A stretch of 64,000 nt of DNA from Desulfobaccales bacterium (GCA_052326585.1 JBKQLU010000023.1:7800-71799); one strand, 5' to 3'. Shown: positions 21,171-29,974, numbered from the stretch's first letter. Numbers and translations are program-made. Notes: a model not told the origin generated them from the letters alone.

Positions 21171-22499
21171 ATGGCTAAAAATATAAAAAGTGATGATATC
21201 GCCACTAGCGGCGCAGTTGTGAAAAAGAGCCATTTGATGAGCCCCTCGACCTTAATGACCATCATTTTCTGTTCCTTATACTTCTTAATGTATCTTGACC
21301 GGATCAACATATCCATGGCCGCCAAGCCCATCATGAGGGAGTTTAACCTGTCCAATGCGGGGCTTGGCATCGTCTTCTCAGCCTTTTCCTGGCCTTATCT
21401 GGTCGGGCAATGGATCGGCGGCTGGTCAGCCAATAGATTCGGCGTCCGCAACGTCCTGACGTTTTGCGTTTTTCTAGTGGCAGTGGCAACCTTGGCGGGC
21501 GGTATCGCCATCGGGCTGGCGGTTCTTTGCGCGGCCCGGCTGTTTGTCGGCATTGGTGAAGGTCCGGTCTTCTCTGCCGCCACCCAGGGGATGAAACACT
21601 GGTATTCCGGAAAGCGCTATGGCTTCATTCAAGGGGTGACGCATGGCGCGTCACGCTTCGGGGCAGCAGTGTCGCCAATCATTGTGGCTTGGTGCATCGT
21701 GATCTCCGGCTGGAGAGCTGCCTTTTTTGTATGTGCCGTTCTCACTCTTATCTGGGTTGCCCTCTGGTGGTGGAATTTCGTCGAAGACCCCAGGGACCAT
21801 CCTAATATTACTGAGGCCGAGGTTGCTGAGCTAGTCCCACCCAATAAGCAGGTGCGGCATGTCCGCACTCCCTGGTGGCCGCTGATAAAACGAATCTTCC
21901 CTGTGACCGCGGTTGAGTTTACGACCGGGTGGATGACCTGGGTGTTCATATCGTGGCTCCCGCTCTATTTCATGTCTCGTTTCCACCTGGATCTGAAATC
22001 TTCTGCCATGCATACCGCGATAGCCCTCATTTCTGGTGTTATCGGGGATATCTTTGGAGGCCTGGCTTCGGATTGGATATTGGTGAAAACCGGCAATAAA
22101 AGGTTGGCGCGCAATGCCTTTATTGCTCTTTGCCTGTTGCTGGCCGGTGGTTTCTTGGCCGCCACCATGCTTACCCATAATATCTTCCTGGTTACTCTGT
22201 TTCTTTTCGCCACTTTTTTCTTTGCGGAGGCCCTGTGCGGAGCAATATGGGCAATTCCCATGGATATCACCCATGAATATGCCGGCATTGCCAGCGGCAT
22301 AATGAATTCTGGTTACGCCATGGCTGGCGTCGTTTCACCCATCGTCTTCGGTTGGGTGCTCGACCACTTCAAGGATTGGGATGTGGCTTTCTTGATTACG
22401 GTGGGGATTTGCGTTGTTGGCGCCTTCCTCACAATCTTCATGCGGCCGGATCGGCCTTTCCTGCCACCGGAAGCAGTCCTGGATAGCCGTATCTCCTGA
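21171..22499 (+). CDS. MFS transporter (anion:cation symporter-like)
   Basis: 442 aa with about 12 TM helices. The MYLDRINISMAA and GWSANRFGVR motifs are typical of ACS-family MFS transporters. Confidence 0.85.
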   Translation: MAKNIKSDDIATSGAVVKKSHLMSPSTLMTIIFCSLYFLMYLDRINISMAAKPIMREFNLSNAGLGIVFSAFSWPYLVGQWIGGWSANRFGVRNVLTFCVFLVAVATLAGGIAIGLAVLCAARLFVGIGEGPVFSAATQGMKHWYSGKRYGFIQGVTHGASRFGAAVSPIIVAWCIVISGWRAAFFVCAVLTLIWVALWWWNFVEDPRDHPNITEAEVAELVPPNKQVRHVRTPWWPLIKRIFPVTAVEFTTGWMTWVFISWLPLYFMSRFHLDLKSSAMHTAIALISGVIGDIFGGLASDWILVKTGNKRLARNAFIALCLLLAGGFLAATMLTHNIFLVTLFLFATFFFAEALCGAIWAIPMDITHEYAGIASGIMNSGYAMAGVVSPIVFGWVLDHFKDWDVAFLITVGICVVGAFLTIFMRPDRPFLPPEAVLDSRIS

Positions 22500-22636
22500 A
22501 AAATGAACTTAACCAAGTTAAGGCCTGGTTCAATGAGCACAGCGGTTTAAATGGACACCGCCCTGATTCCTGATCAAAAGTTCATCCCCGTTTTAGCATT
22601 TGTTTATTCCGAGAGGGAAAAAGGAGCCGGCCCAGA

Positions 22637-23437
22637 ATGGTACTGGTTTCGGAGGCAGCTTTGACAACTGAAGAATTTAAATCAATAGATTCCAGACCGG
22701 AAGTGATCCAGAGTTACTATCTGATTTTTCAGGGTCGGCGACTGCCTAAAACCGTGATGCTCCTGATCCCGGGTGGCAACGGTTATGGTCATATCAAGGC
22801 CGGACCGGGCGGCGAGATAACCTTGAGCAAGAATTTTCTCGTACGTACCGCGGGCAAATATGCCGAGGCAGGTTTTGCCGCGGCTATCATGGATATTCCT
22901 TCCGACGCGACTTGGGGGCGCAGTGATAAGTATCATCAAGAAGATCAACATGTTGAAAGCGATAGGTATCGTTTCTCGGATGAGCAGCTTGAAGACTATA
23001 AAGCGGTAATTGAAAATCTTGCCAGCAGAGGAGCACAAAGATTCTTTTTGTGCGCTACCAGCCGCGGTGGGTTGAGTGGAGTCTCTCTGGCTTCCAAAAT
23101 GGAGGACCCTCGCCTCAAGGGTTTGATACTTACAGCTTCGATTCAATATACAGATTATCTATGTCGCAGTTACATTAGTAAGATTTGCATTCCAGTGCTC
23201 ATGATTCATCATCGCCAAGATGCTTGCGAACTAAATTCATATCCTGAAGCTCTTTTGACTGCCATGCAATTAGGAAAATTTACTGAGGTTACTTTTTGCG
23301 GTGTCAGCGGTGGGCCCCAGGGGGGGCTGCCGCGCGAATCTGACCCCTGTATGCCCCTCAGTCATCACGGATTCTATGGTATAGAAGATCAAGTAACCAG
23401 CATTATTACCAAGTGGGCTCATTTTAAAGAAGAATAG
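22637..23437 (+). CDS. Hypothetical protein, probable alpha/beta-hydrolase fold
   Basis: 266 aa. MLLIPGGNGYG, a Sm-x-Nu-x-Sm-like ATSRGG, and a late IPVLMIHHRQD block. The pattern match is weak. Confidence 0.45.
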   Translation: MVLVSEAALTTEEFKSIDSRPEVIQSYYLIFQGRRLPKTVMLLIPGGNGYGHIKAGPGGEITLSKNFLVRTAGKYAEAGFAAAIMDIPSDATWGRSDKYHQEDQHVESDRYRFSDEQLEDYKAVIENLASRGAQRFFLCATSRGGLSGVSLASKMEDPRLKGLILTASIQYTDYLCRSYISKICIPVLMIHHRQDACELNSYPEALLTAMQLGKFTEVTFCGVSGGPQGGLPRESDPCMPLSHHGFYGIEDQVTSIITKWAHFKEE

Positions 23438-23632
23438 AGCAAGCCAATACGCCCGCGCCGTAGCCGGATCAAAACCGGCCCTTACCAACCGGCAGGCGTG
23501 GATGCTGCCTTCCCATAATCAACGTTTGCGGCCGCCGCCGCGCCAGGGCTGGCGGCAACGCCGATAAAAAGACGGCTACGCCGGATAATACTGGCCGGGG
23601 GGGTGGGAGTTCCAACCCTGGTTGCAGGCGGA

Positions 23633-24832
23633 TTAGAGATGATCGTAGGTTTGGCCCTGGTGGTTCAGGTAGGCGACGGCGCGCTTGATGCCTGCCAGGG
23701 TGAGGTCTTCCATGGTAAAGATCTTGCCGATGTGCCGGACGGTCAGGCTCTCGTGGGGCCAGTATTCCTTCCTGATGGGGTTGAGCCAGACGCTTACCGG
23801 ATATGACGCCCGCAGCTCTTCGAGCCACTCCTGGCCGGACTTGCGGGCGCTGGTATGGATATCGATGGAGCCGCTGGCGGCCATCAGTTCGGACGGCGCC
23901 ATGTTGGCATCGCCGATGAGCACCAGCCTGGTGGTCCTGGTTTCCCCCAGGAACCTTTCCCATTTCACCGGCTCCCGCCGCTTCAGATCCTTGTACACCG
24001 TGCCGTAGATGCAGTTATGGAAGTAATAGAACCGGATATCCTTGAAAAGATCCCGCAGCTTATTGAAGATCATCCTTACCAAGGGGACATAGGCGTCCAT
24101 GGAATAGCCGCCGTTGTCGAGTAAGACCATCAACTTCAGGCGGTTGCGCAACTCCCGTTCGAATACCAGCTCAATCTCGCCGCCGTTTTTGGCGGTCCGG
24201 GCGATGGTGGCGTCGATGTCCAGTTCGGTTTCCGGCCCGGTGGGCCGCAGACACCGGAGGCAGGCGAGGGCCTGCCGCAGGTTCTCACTGGAGAGGGTCG
24301 ATCTTTCACTATAATCGAGGTAGCGCCGGGAATCGATGACCTTCTGAGCCGAACCGTGCAGGCTCCTGCCGTAAACCCGGATGCCGCCGGCCGAAAGGCC
24401 GCTGTGGCCGTAAGGAGACCGGCCGCGGGTGCCCACCCAGGTGCTGCCGCCGTGGTGCTGCGCCTGTTGGGCCAGAACCGTCTCCCAGAACCTGGCCAGG
24501 AGTTCTTCATTGCCGAAGGCGCGGATCTCTTCCGGGGAGATGCGGCCGGCGTCGATCTGCTCCTGGAGCCATTCCCGGAAAGGTTTGCCCGACAGCGCCT
24601 CTTCCCAGTCCCGCATCCGGCGCCACAGCCCCGATTTGAGGAAGTAGGAGGAGAACACCTGCTCGAAAATATCGTAGTGCTCGACCCGTTTCACAAAGAT
24701 GAGCCGGGCCAGCAGGAAGAGCTGGTCAAGATTCGCGGCGATGCCGCGCTGCAGCGCCCGGTAGAACTCCAGGATATACTGGACGCTTACCGGGACCCCG
24801 GCCTCCCGCAATTCATAAACGAAGCCAACCAT
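23633..24832 (-). CDS. VWA domain protein, CoxE-like
   Basis: 399 aa. The N-terminus (FVYELREAGVPVSVQYILEFYRAL) is typical of the CoxE/VWA family. It lies immediately downstream of a MoxR-type ATPase. Confidence 0.8.
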   Translation of the reverse strand: MVGFVYELREAGVPVSVQYILEFYRALQRGIAANLDQLFLLARLIFVKRVEHYDIFEQVFSSYFLKSGLWRRMRDWEEALSGKPFREWLQEQIDAGRISPEEIRAFGNEELLARFWETVLAQQAQHHGGSTWVGTRGRSPYGHSGLSAGGIRVYGRSLHGSAQKVIDSRRYLDYSERSTLSSENLRQALACLRCLRPTGPETELDIDATIARTAKNGGEIELVFERELRNRLKLMVLLDNGGYSMDAYVPLVRMIFNKLRDLFKDIRFYYFHNCIYGTVYKDLKRREPVKWERFLGETRTTRLVLIGDANMAPSELMAASGSIDIHTSARKSGQEWLEELRASYPVSVWLNPIRKEYWPHESLTVRHIGKIFTMEDLTLAGIKRAVAYLNHQGQTYDHL

Positions 24833-24866
24833 GCCGTCACCTGGGCCGCGGGCTTTGCTCCCCTGG

Positions 24867-25694
24867 CTAATAGCGCCCCGGCTTAGTAATCCCTTTGAAT
24901 TTCAACAGGTCTTCGGTGCGTTTCAGCAGGGTGCCGATGTGGGCCAGGTTCCGGTCCACGCCAGGGGCCTTCACCCCGGCGGCCTGCATGGAGCCCAGCC
25001 AATCCAGCAGTTCCGCGGTGGCCGGCGGCTTCTCGAAACCCTGCTCCCGCAAATGGTAAAAGTTGGTCAGAGACTCCTTAAGAAATGGCTCCGGCAGGTT
25101 GGGGTGATGGAGGTTGACGATATTGACCATTTCCTCGCGTCCCGGAAACGGAATGTAGTGACAGAAACAACGGCGGAGAAAGGGGTCCGACAGCTCACGC
25201 TTGGCGTTGCTGGTGATCACGATGATGGGCCGCTTCGCCGCGGTCACCTTGTGATTGATCTCCCGGATCACAAAAGACCCGTCCTCCAGGACGTCCAGGA
25301 GGTTGTCCTGGGTGTCCGAATCGGTTTTGTCAATTTCGTCCAGCAGGAGGACGCGCCGGTCTTCGGCCAGGAAGGCCCGGCCGATGGGGCCGAAACGGAG
25401 ATAATCCCAAATATTGTTGACGTCCCGTCCGGTATCGCCGCTGCCGAACCGGGAGTCGTTCAGCCTAAGCACCGTGTCATAGACGTAGCAGAGCTCTTCG
25501 CCCTTGAAGGTGGACTTGCAGCGGGCCTCTTCCATGTTCAGACCGAGGGCCCGGGAGATTTCAAAGGCCAGTTGGGTCTTGCCGGTGCCGGCCTCGCCGG
25601 TGAGCAGCAGCGGCTTTTCCATGGCGATGGCGATATTGACGATTTCCTGTAGCTCGGGCGCGAGATAATAGCGGTCGGTTCCGGCAAACTTCAT
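24867..25694 (-). CDS. MoxR-type AAA+ ATPase, CoxD-like
   Basis: 275 aa. Walker A GEAGTGKTQ, Walker B VLLLDEIDK, and the short single-domain MoxR architecture. Confidence 0.85.
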   Translation of the reverse strand: MKFAGTDRYYLAPELQEIVNIAIAMEKPLLLTGEAGTGKTQLAFEISRALGLNMEEARCKSTFKGEELCYVYDTVLRLNDSRFGSGDTGRDVNNIWDYLRFGPIGRAFLAEDRRVLLLDEIDKTDSDTQDNLLDVLEDGSFVIREINHKVTAAKRPIIVITSNAKRELSDPFLRRCFCHYIPFPGREEMVNIVNLHHPNLPEPFLKESLTNFYHLREQGFEKPPATAELLDWLGSMQAAGVKAPGVDRNLAHIGTLLKRTEDLLKFKGITKPGRY

Positions 25695-25872
25695 CCTTCG
25701 ACTCCATTCTCAAGCGAATTATTGATTACGGGCCCAGAGCCAGGGGCGGCAATGGACCGTACCCAAAATAGTATCAAATCCGCCTGCCTACGGCAACAGT
25801 CGCCTAAGGCGGAAAATTCAGGTTAGATCGTCCTGGCCAGTTCTGACCCAGCGGTTTGCCGATTTATCATCC

Positions 25873-26730
25873 CTATCTCTTCCCCTGCGGCAAGACCCAT
25901 TCTCCTACCTTGGTGTACCCTGAAACCACCGCCTGGAGTTCCTGGCGGCGGCTGAAGAACTGTTCCTTCATTTCCCGGAGCCAGCCGGCATGCCGTTTGG
26001 CCTCGTCATAGCCCAGGAAGAAGGAATGTTGGCCCGGCTGCGTCTCGATTTGCAGCCGGCCTTTCTTCCAGGCATAGGGGCCGGAACTGCTGCACAACAT
26101 GCAGCGCACCTGACCGTCGGGGAGAAACCGGAAGGTGTCTCCGGTGCAAACCGGACAGGCGGGCACCAGGGGAGGCGCCTCTTCTCTGCCCTGGCCTAGC
26201 GCCACCGCTAGCCACGCGGCCGTCTCTTTTCCTCCCGGCCGCAAGAATATCTCCCCCGGAAGTGCGCCATAGACCACGGCAGAGCCGCGCAAATCCCCCA
26301 TGGTCAATTTGATAAAACTTTCAACATTCAATTTGGTGCAGCCTTCCATGCCGTCAATGCCGGCGATGGCCACCCCGACCGCGGGTTTTCCCCAAAGCCG
26401 GTCGAGCCGCGCGTAAAAACTGAGGCCCCGGTCCAAAAACCGCTTCAGACTCGCATTAGCCCCCAGCAGATACGTGGGGGCCGCGACCACATAAGCATCA
26501 GATTGGCTCAAGGTCTCCAGGACCAGGGCAAAATCGTCGTCCTGGGTACATTTCTCCTCCCCGAACAAGCACCGGTAGCAGGCCTTGCAAGGGCGGATAT
26601 CCATGTCCGGGAGCCTGATGAGTTTCAGCTCCCAATTTCCGGGAAGTTGCAGGTAGAGTTCCTTGATGAAGAGCTCCGAATTGCCAAATTTTCTGGGGGA
26701 TGCCACTAGACCGAGTAAGGTTTTCGCCAT
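25873..26730 (-). CDS. Flavodoxin-like NAD(P)H-dependent FMN reductase / iron-sulfur flavoprotein-like protein with a C-terminal Zn-ribbon
   Basis: 285 aa. GLVASPRKFGNSE, CKACYRC and AAPTYLLGANASLKRFLDR match the Isf/NADPH-FMN reductase pattern. The C-terminal part contains CPVC...CMLC. Confidence 0.7.
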   Translation of the reverse strand: MAKTLLGLVASPRKFGNSELFIKELYLQLPGNWELKLIRLPDMDIRPCKACYRCLFGEEKCTQDDDFALVLETLSQSDAYVVAAPTYLLGANASLKRFLDRGLSFYARLDRLWGKPAVGVAIAGIDGMEGCTKLNVESFIKLTMGDLRGSAVVYGALPGEIFLRPGGKETAAWLAVALGQGREEAPPLVPACPVCTGDTFRFLPDGQVRCMLCSSSGPYAWKKGRLQIETQPGQHSFFLGYDEAKRHAGWLREMKEQFFSRRQELQAVVSGYTKVGEWVLPQGKR

Positions 26731-27083
26731 TTGCCTGACTCCTCCCGGCTTCCAGCCGCGTTTGCCGCGGCGCCCGGCCGCTGGCGGTTCATCCGCACGA
26801 CTGCTGTCCCACTATTTATCTAAGGCGAAGAACTTCGCCTGGCCAGGTTATAGGTGAAATTTTAAAAATAGTGCTCTGTTCCTCCTATGGTTTTATGAAA
26901 ACGTCATAGCTAACTTATTAATTAAATGGATATTTTAGGTTAGTCAACCGATTTCATAAGCGCCTTGGAGAAATTCTTAACGTTCGTTTTCGGTGAAGGA
27001 CGGGCGGGCTGCAATCTTAGAAGATAGGTAGGGAGGTGCCGGAGGCTTGCGTCAAGGTGACAGTTATCTCCGTCTTACGATAT

Positions 27084-27168
27084 GCTGCTATGGGGGGTAG
27101 GGGGTGGCAATTCAGTAGATTCTACCAAGGAGATAAACATACCGAAGTAAACCCTGACCAAAATTTTG
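27084..27168. repeat. Left copy of an imperfect ~85-bp direct repeat bracketing the AT-rich islet genes
   Basis: gctgctatggggggtagggggtggcaattcagtagattc...taccgaagtaaaccctgaccaaaattttg aligns with 29623-29704. The ends are highly similar and the centre is diverged. Confidence 0.7.
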
Positions 27169-27558
27169 ACTCGAAACCTTTTTCAAGATTCTCACTCTGT
27201 CATGCTACTTCCATGGCAAAGCTGATTAACCTTTCGATAAAAGTTAATGGTGCCGGACCATTGACCAAAGGTTCCGTTTCTTGACAACCTCCCTTCTTTG
27301 TGGCAATGTGAATTTTGGAAATAAGTTCTGAAATGTGTGCAAAATGCGGGGGATTTAAGGCAGCAGGTCTGCCCTAGGACTGGCGCAGGAAGGGCAGCGT
27401 ATTTAGCGACCTAAATGAACTGGACAAAATGGAGCATTCTGTCTAATTTTTGCTATAGCCGATCTCATTTCATTTCCTAATTTATATGAAAAAATGATTA
27501 ATCTTTAATATGATTAACTTGCGTTAAATATTTCCATTGTGGATATGGAGGTCAAATT

Positions 27559-28788
27559 ATGCCTTTTTGTAGCCCCGACAAAATCATAGTTCCAGAGGGC
27601 AGATTCAGAACCCCAACCAAAAACGACGTGGTTGAAATGGCCGATTCCATTAAGCAGGTTGGTCAATTGCAGCCCATTCTTGTGACCAAAAATATGGAAC
27701 TAGTAGAGGGGCTAACTCGCCTCCGAGCGTGCGAATGGCTGAAACGAGAGGTATTTTATGTAGATGAAGTTGATGCGAAATTAGTTTTTGAAAACCCCCT
27801 ACAGGTGAAAAAGGCCGAGTTGCAGGCCAATTTAAAACGGACAGATTTTACACCGGTTCAGTTAAGCTGTGCCTATGCCGAGTTACACAAACTTATGACA
27901 GCTATGTACGGCCAGAGGAAACCAGGTCAACATACGGAGGGCTGGACTCAGAGTCAAACGGCTAAGATGTTAGGTGTGAAGAGTCCCACTACTATAAGCG
28001 ACGCCTTGCAAATAGCCGAGGCTGAAGCATCTGGACTTTACCCAGAATTGCAGAGAGCAAAAACAACCACTGAAGCTAAAAAAATTATTAAGAGGGCCAA
28101 CGGTAGTCCGATGAGCCAAACCCCTAATAGTCAGCAAAAGTTTTTAGATATAGACAAAGAGGTTTACTTATTTCATCAAGGAAAACGTTATAAGTTGCAG
28201 TCCTTTAATAATGAACATGATTTCGAAGAATTTATTTGTAAAAATATAAAATTATTTTTTGGGCAAAATAACCAGTATATTGACGCAAAACATAAGATAA
28301 AAACTAAATTGTTAGGCGCAACACCAGATGGGTTATTCTTGGATATTAGCGACGAAAATAAGCCTATCTTATATCTTGTTGAAATTGAAATATCTACCCA
28401 CCAGCCAAATCACTATTTACCTCATATAATTAATTATGCACATCTTATTAAAACCAGTAAGCAAATCTTGAGAGAAAATGCATCAGGATATATCGATAAG
28501 GAAATGCAGGCTATATTAAATAAATGTAAACAGCAAGATAACTTCGGCATATTATTCATTGTTGATAAAGAAGATACAATAATTGAATTATTATTTGGTA
28601 ATAAACCTCATGAAATAAATAATTATAAGATAATTAGCATACAATCTTATATAAATATGCAATCAAGAGATATGATATTTGCAAAAATTGAATATTTATC
28701 ACCCGATCAATACAATAAAAATAAAAATGGGAAACCAGCTGAACTAACAGTACCATTAACTCCTGAAGACCTTGCCGATTTTGATTAA
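27559..28788 (+). CDS. ParB/Srx-like N-terminal domain, HTH, and a C-terminal PD-(D/E)xK-like region (fusion protein of unknown function)
   Basis: 409 aa with AT-rich codon usage. The N-terminus has GQLQPILV...LVEGLTRLRA (ParB-type box with a degenerate GERRxR). The middle has WTQSQTAKMLGVKSPTTISDAL (HTH). The C-terminus has ATPDGLFLDISD...ILYLVEIEIS (nuclease-like D...ExE/K pattern). Confidence 0.6.
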   Translation: MPFCSPDKIIVPEGRFRTPTKNDVVEMADSIKQVGQLQPILVTKNMELVEGLTRLRACEWLKREVFYVDEVDAKLVFENPLQVKKAELQANLKRTDFTPVQLSCAYAELHKLMTAMYGQRKPGQHTEGWTQSQTAKMLGVKSPTTISDALQIAEAEASGLYPELQRAKTTTEAKKIIKRANGSPMSQTPNSQQKFLDIDKEVYLFHQGKRYKLQSFNNEHDFEEFICKNIKLFFGQNNQYIDAKHKIKTKLLGATPDGLFLDISDENKPILYLVEIEISTHQPNHYLPHIINYAHLIKTSKQILRENASGYIDKEMQAILNKCKQQDNFGILFIVDKEDTIIELLFGNKPHEINNYKIISIQSYINMQSRDMIFAKIEYLSPDQYNKNKNGKPAELTVPLTPEDLADFD

Positions 28789-28871
28789 ATGGCCCCAAAC
28801 ACACGTATGGGGATGTCGAAACTGATCCCACCAGAACGGCATACTTGCAGAGCTAATATAAGCGAATTTAC

Positions 28872-29465
28872 ATGTTTTTTAAAAAAACAGTTGGAAATGG
28901 AATGATAATTATGAAGACATCATTCATTGGATTATTATTATTGTTATGCGCTTTTGGCATAGCCGTATATTGTACTTATGAAAGATCGAGACTATATCCA
29001 GAGAGAATATTTGGTATTAATAAAACGTATTGGCGTATTATTGGAATAGCTATCCTAGGTGATATCATAGCCTTCATTGGATTTATTTTCCTGTCTTATG
29101 GTCAATCAAATCCGTGCGTTGAGTATTCAAATGTATTAACGATATTATCATTATTATCTGCGGGGGCCATTGCTAGTAATTTTGCCTTCAGTTATCAAAC
29201 GGCTAAAACTGACGAAAGTTCATTTACATTCCTTCTCGCAGTGGGTTACAAAATACTATTTCTATTATTATTTGGCTCGCTTAGTTTCTACATAGGTAAA
29301 AGCGTTCAAGTGTCGAAAGCTGAATGGATACAGATAATAGTCCCGGTTATAATGTTTATAATCGTGTTTACCAATACTATATTCGATTTCTGGGATTATC
29401 GAGATGTCGGGAAGGGGAAAGGAAAAAGGGAGAAGGGGGAGAGGATGAGGAGGAGATGGCTGTAA
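28872..29465 (+). CDS. Hypothetical 5-TM membrane protein with a basic Gly/Lys/Arg tail
   Basis: 197 aa (alternative starts at 28902 and 28911). Five hydrophobic helices and the tail DYRDVGKGKGKREKGERMRRRWL. It lies 83 nt downstream of the ParB-like gene on the same strand, with the same low G+C. Confidence 0.6.
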   Translation: MFFKKTVGNGMIIMKTSFIGLLLLLCAFGIAVYCTYERSRLYPERIFGINKTYWRIIGIAILGDIIAFIGFIFLSYGQSNPCVEYSNVLTILSLLSAGAIASNFAFSYQTAKTDESSFTFLLAVGYKILFLLLFGSLSFYIGKSVQVSKAEWIQIIVPVIMFIIVFTNTIFDFWDYRDVGKGKGKREKGERMRRRWL

Positions 29466-29622
29466 GAAATAGATTTCCAGGAAACCCTATCCAGATATCC
29501 GAAGATTTTTGCTACAAGCACTTCTGACATTCAATTAGATTTTCCCACACAGCTACGGGCTTCTCACGCACTCAGACCATCCGTTTATTCGTCTGGTAAT
29601 AAGCGATTTTGGGCTTTGGAAA

Positions 29623-29704
29623 GCTGATGGGGGATAGGGGTAGGAATTCAGTAAAATTCCTGGGTGGGATATACTACCGGGAGTAAGCCCTGACCAAAAT
29701 TTTG
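29623..29704. repeat. Right copy of the ~85-bp direct repeat
   Basis: gctgatgggggataggggtaggaattcagtaaaattcc...taccgggagtaagccctgaccaaaattttg. It lies about 155 bp from the tRNA-His 3' end. Confidence 0.7.
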
Positions 29705-29804
29705 GATTTTTTCCTTTTGTGCCTATGAAAATTTGAAAACGAAAATTGCTCCAACGCTTACCTTTTTGCCCGGGCTGACACGCACCCTATACGCAACCTG
29801 GGCA

Positions 29805-29845
29805 ATAAAAAAGTGGTTAGTTTTTATACTAACCACTTTAATTTA
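29805..29845 (-). terminator. Hairpin terminator downstream of tRNA-His (bidirectional in form)
   Basis: GTGGTTAG (29813-29820) pairs with CTAACCAC (29829-29836). A/T runs flank it on both sides, and the minus strand reads the hairpin followed by UUUUUUAUU. Confidence 0.6.
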
Positions 29846-29858
29846 CTATATTAAAAAT

Positions 29859-29935
29859 TGGGGTGAGCGACGGGACTTGAACCCGCGACCACCGGGGCCA
29901 CAACCCGGAGCTCTGCCGACTGAGCTACGCCCACC
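29859..29935 (-). tRNA. tRNA-His (anticodon GTG) with G-1 and an encoded CCA
   Basis: The minus strand reads GGTGGGCGTAGCTCAGTCGGCAGAGCTCCGGGTTGTGGCCCCGGTGGTCGCGGGTTCAAGTCCCGTCGCTCACCCCA. It folds as a cloverleaf with anticodon loop TTGTGGC, a GTTCAAG T-loop, and the extra 5' G typical of tRNA-His. Confidence 0.95.
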
Positions 29936-29945
29936 ATCCGTTCCC

Positions 29946-29974
29946 TATTTAACACAGGATGCGTCACCTGGCAA
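29946..29974 (-). promoter_or_regulatory. Candidate promoter for tRNA-His
   Basis: On the minus strand: TTGCCA (29974-29969), a 17 nt spacer, then TAAATA (29951-29946), about 10 nt upstream of the mature 5' end. Confidence 0.35.

Noticed and set aside
26870-29858. Looked for a duplicated tRNA-His 3' segment (tggggtgagcgacgggacttgaacc) or an integrase gene that would mark a classical tRNA-integrated island.
   Set aside because: No second copy of the tRNA 3' end and no integrase or recombinase ORF were seen in or next to the islet. I therefore do not call it an integrative element. Only the unrelated ~85-bp direct repeats are reported.
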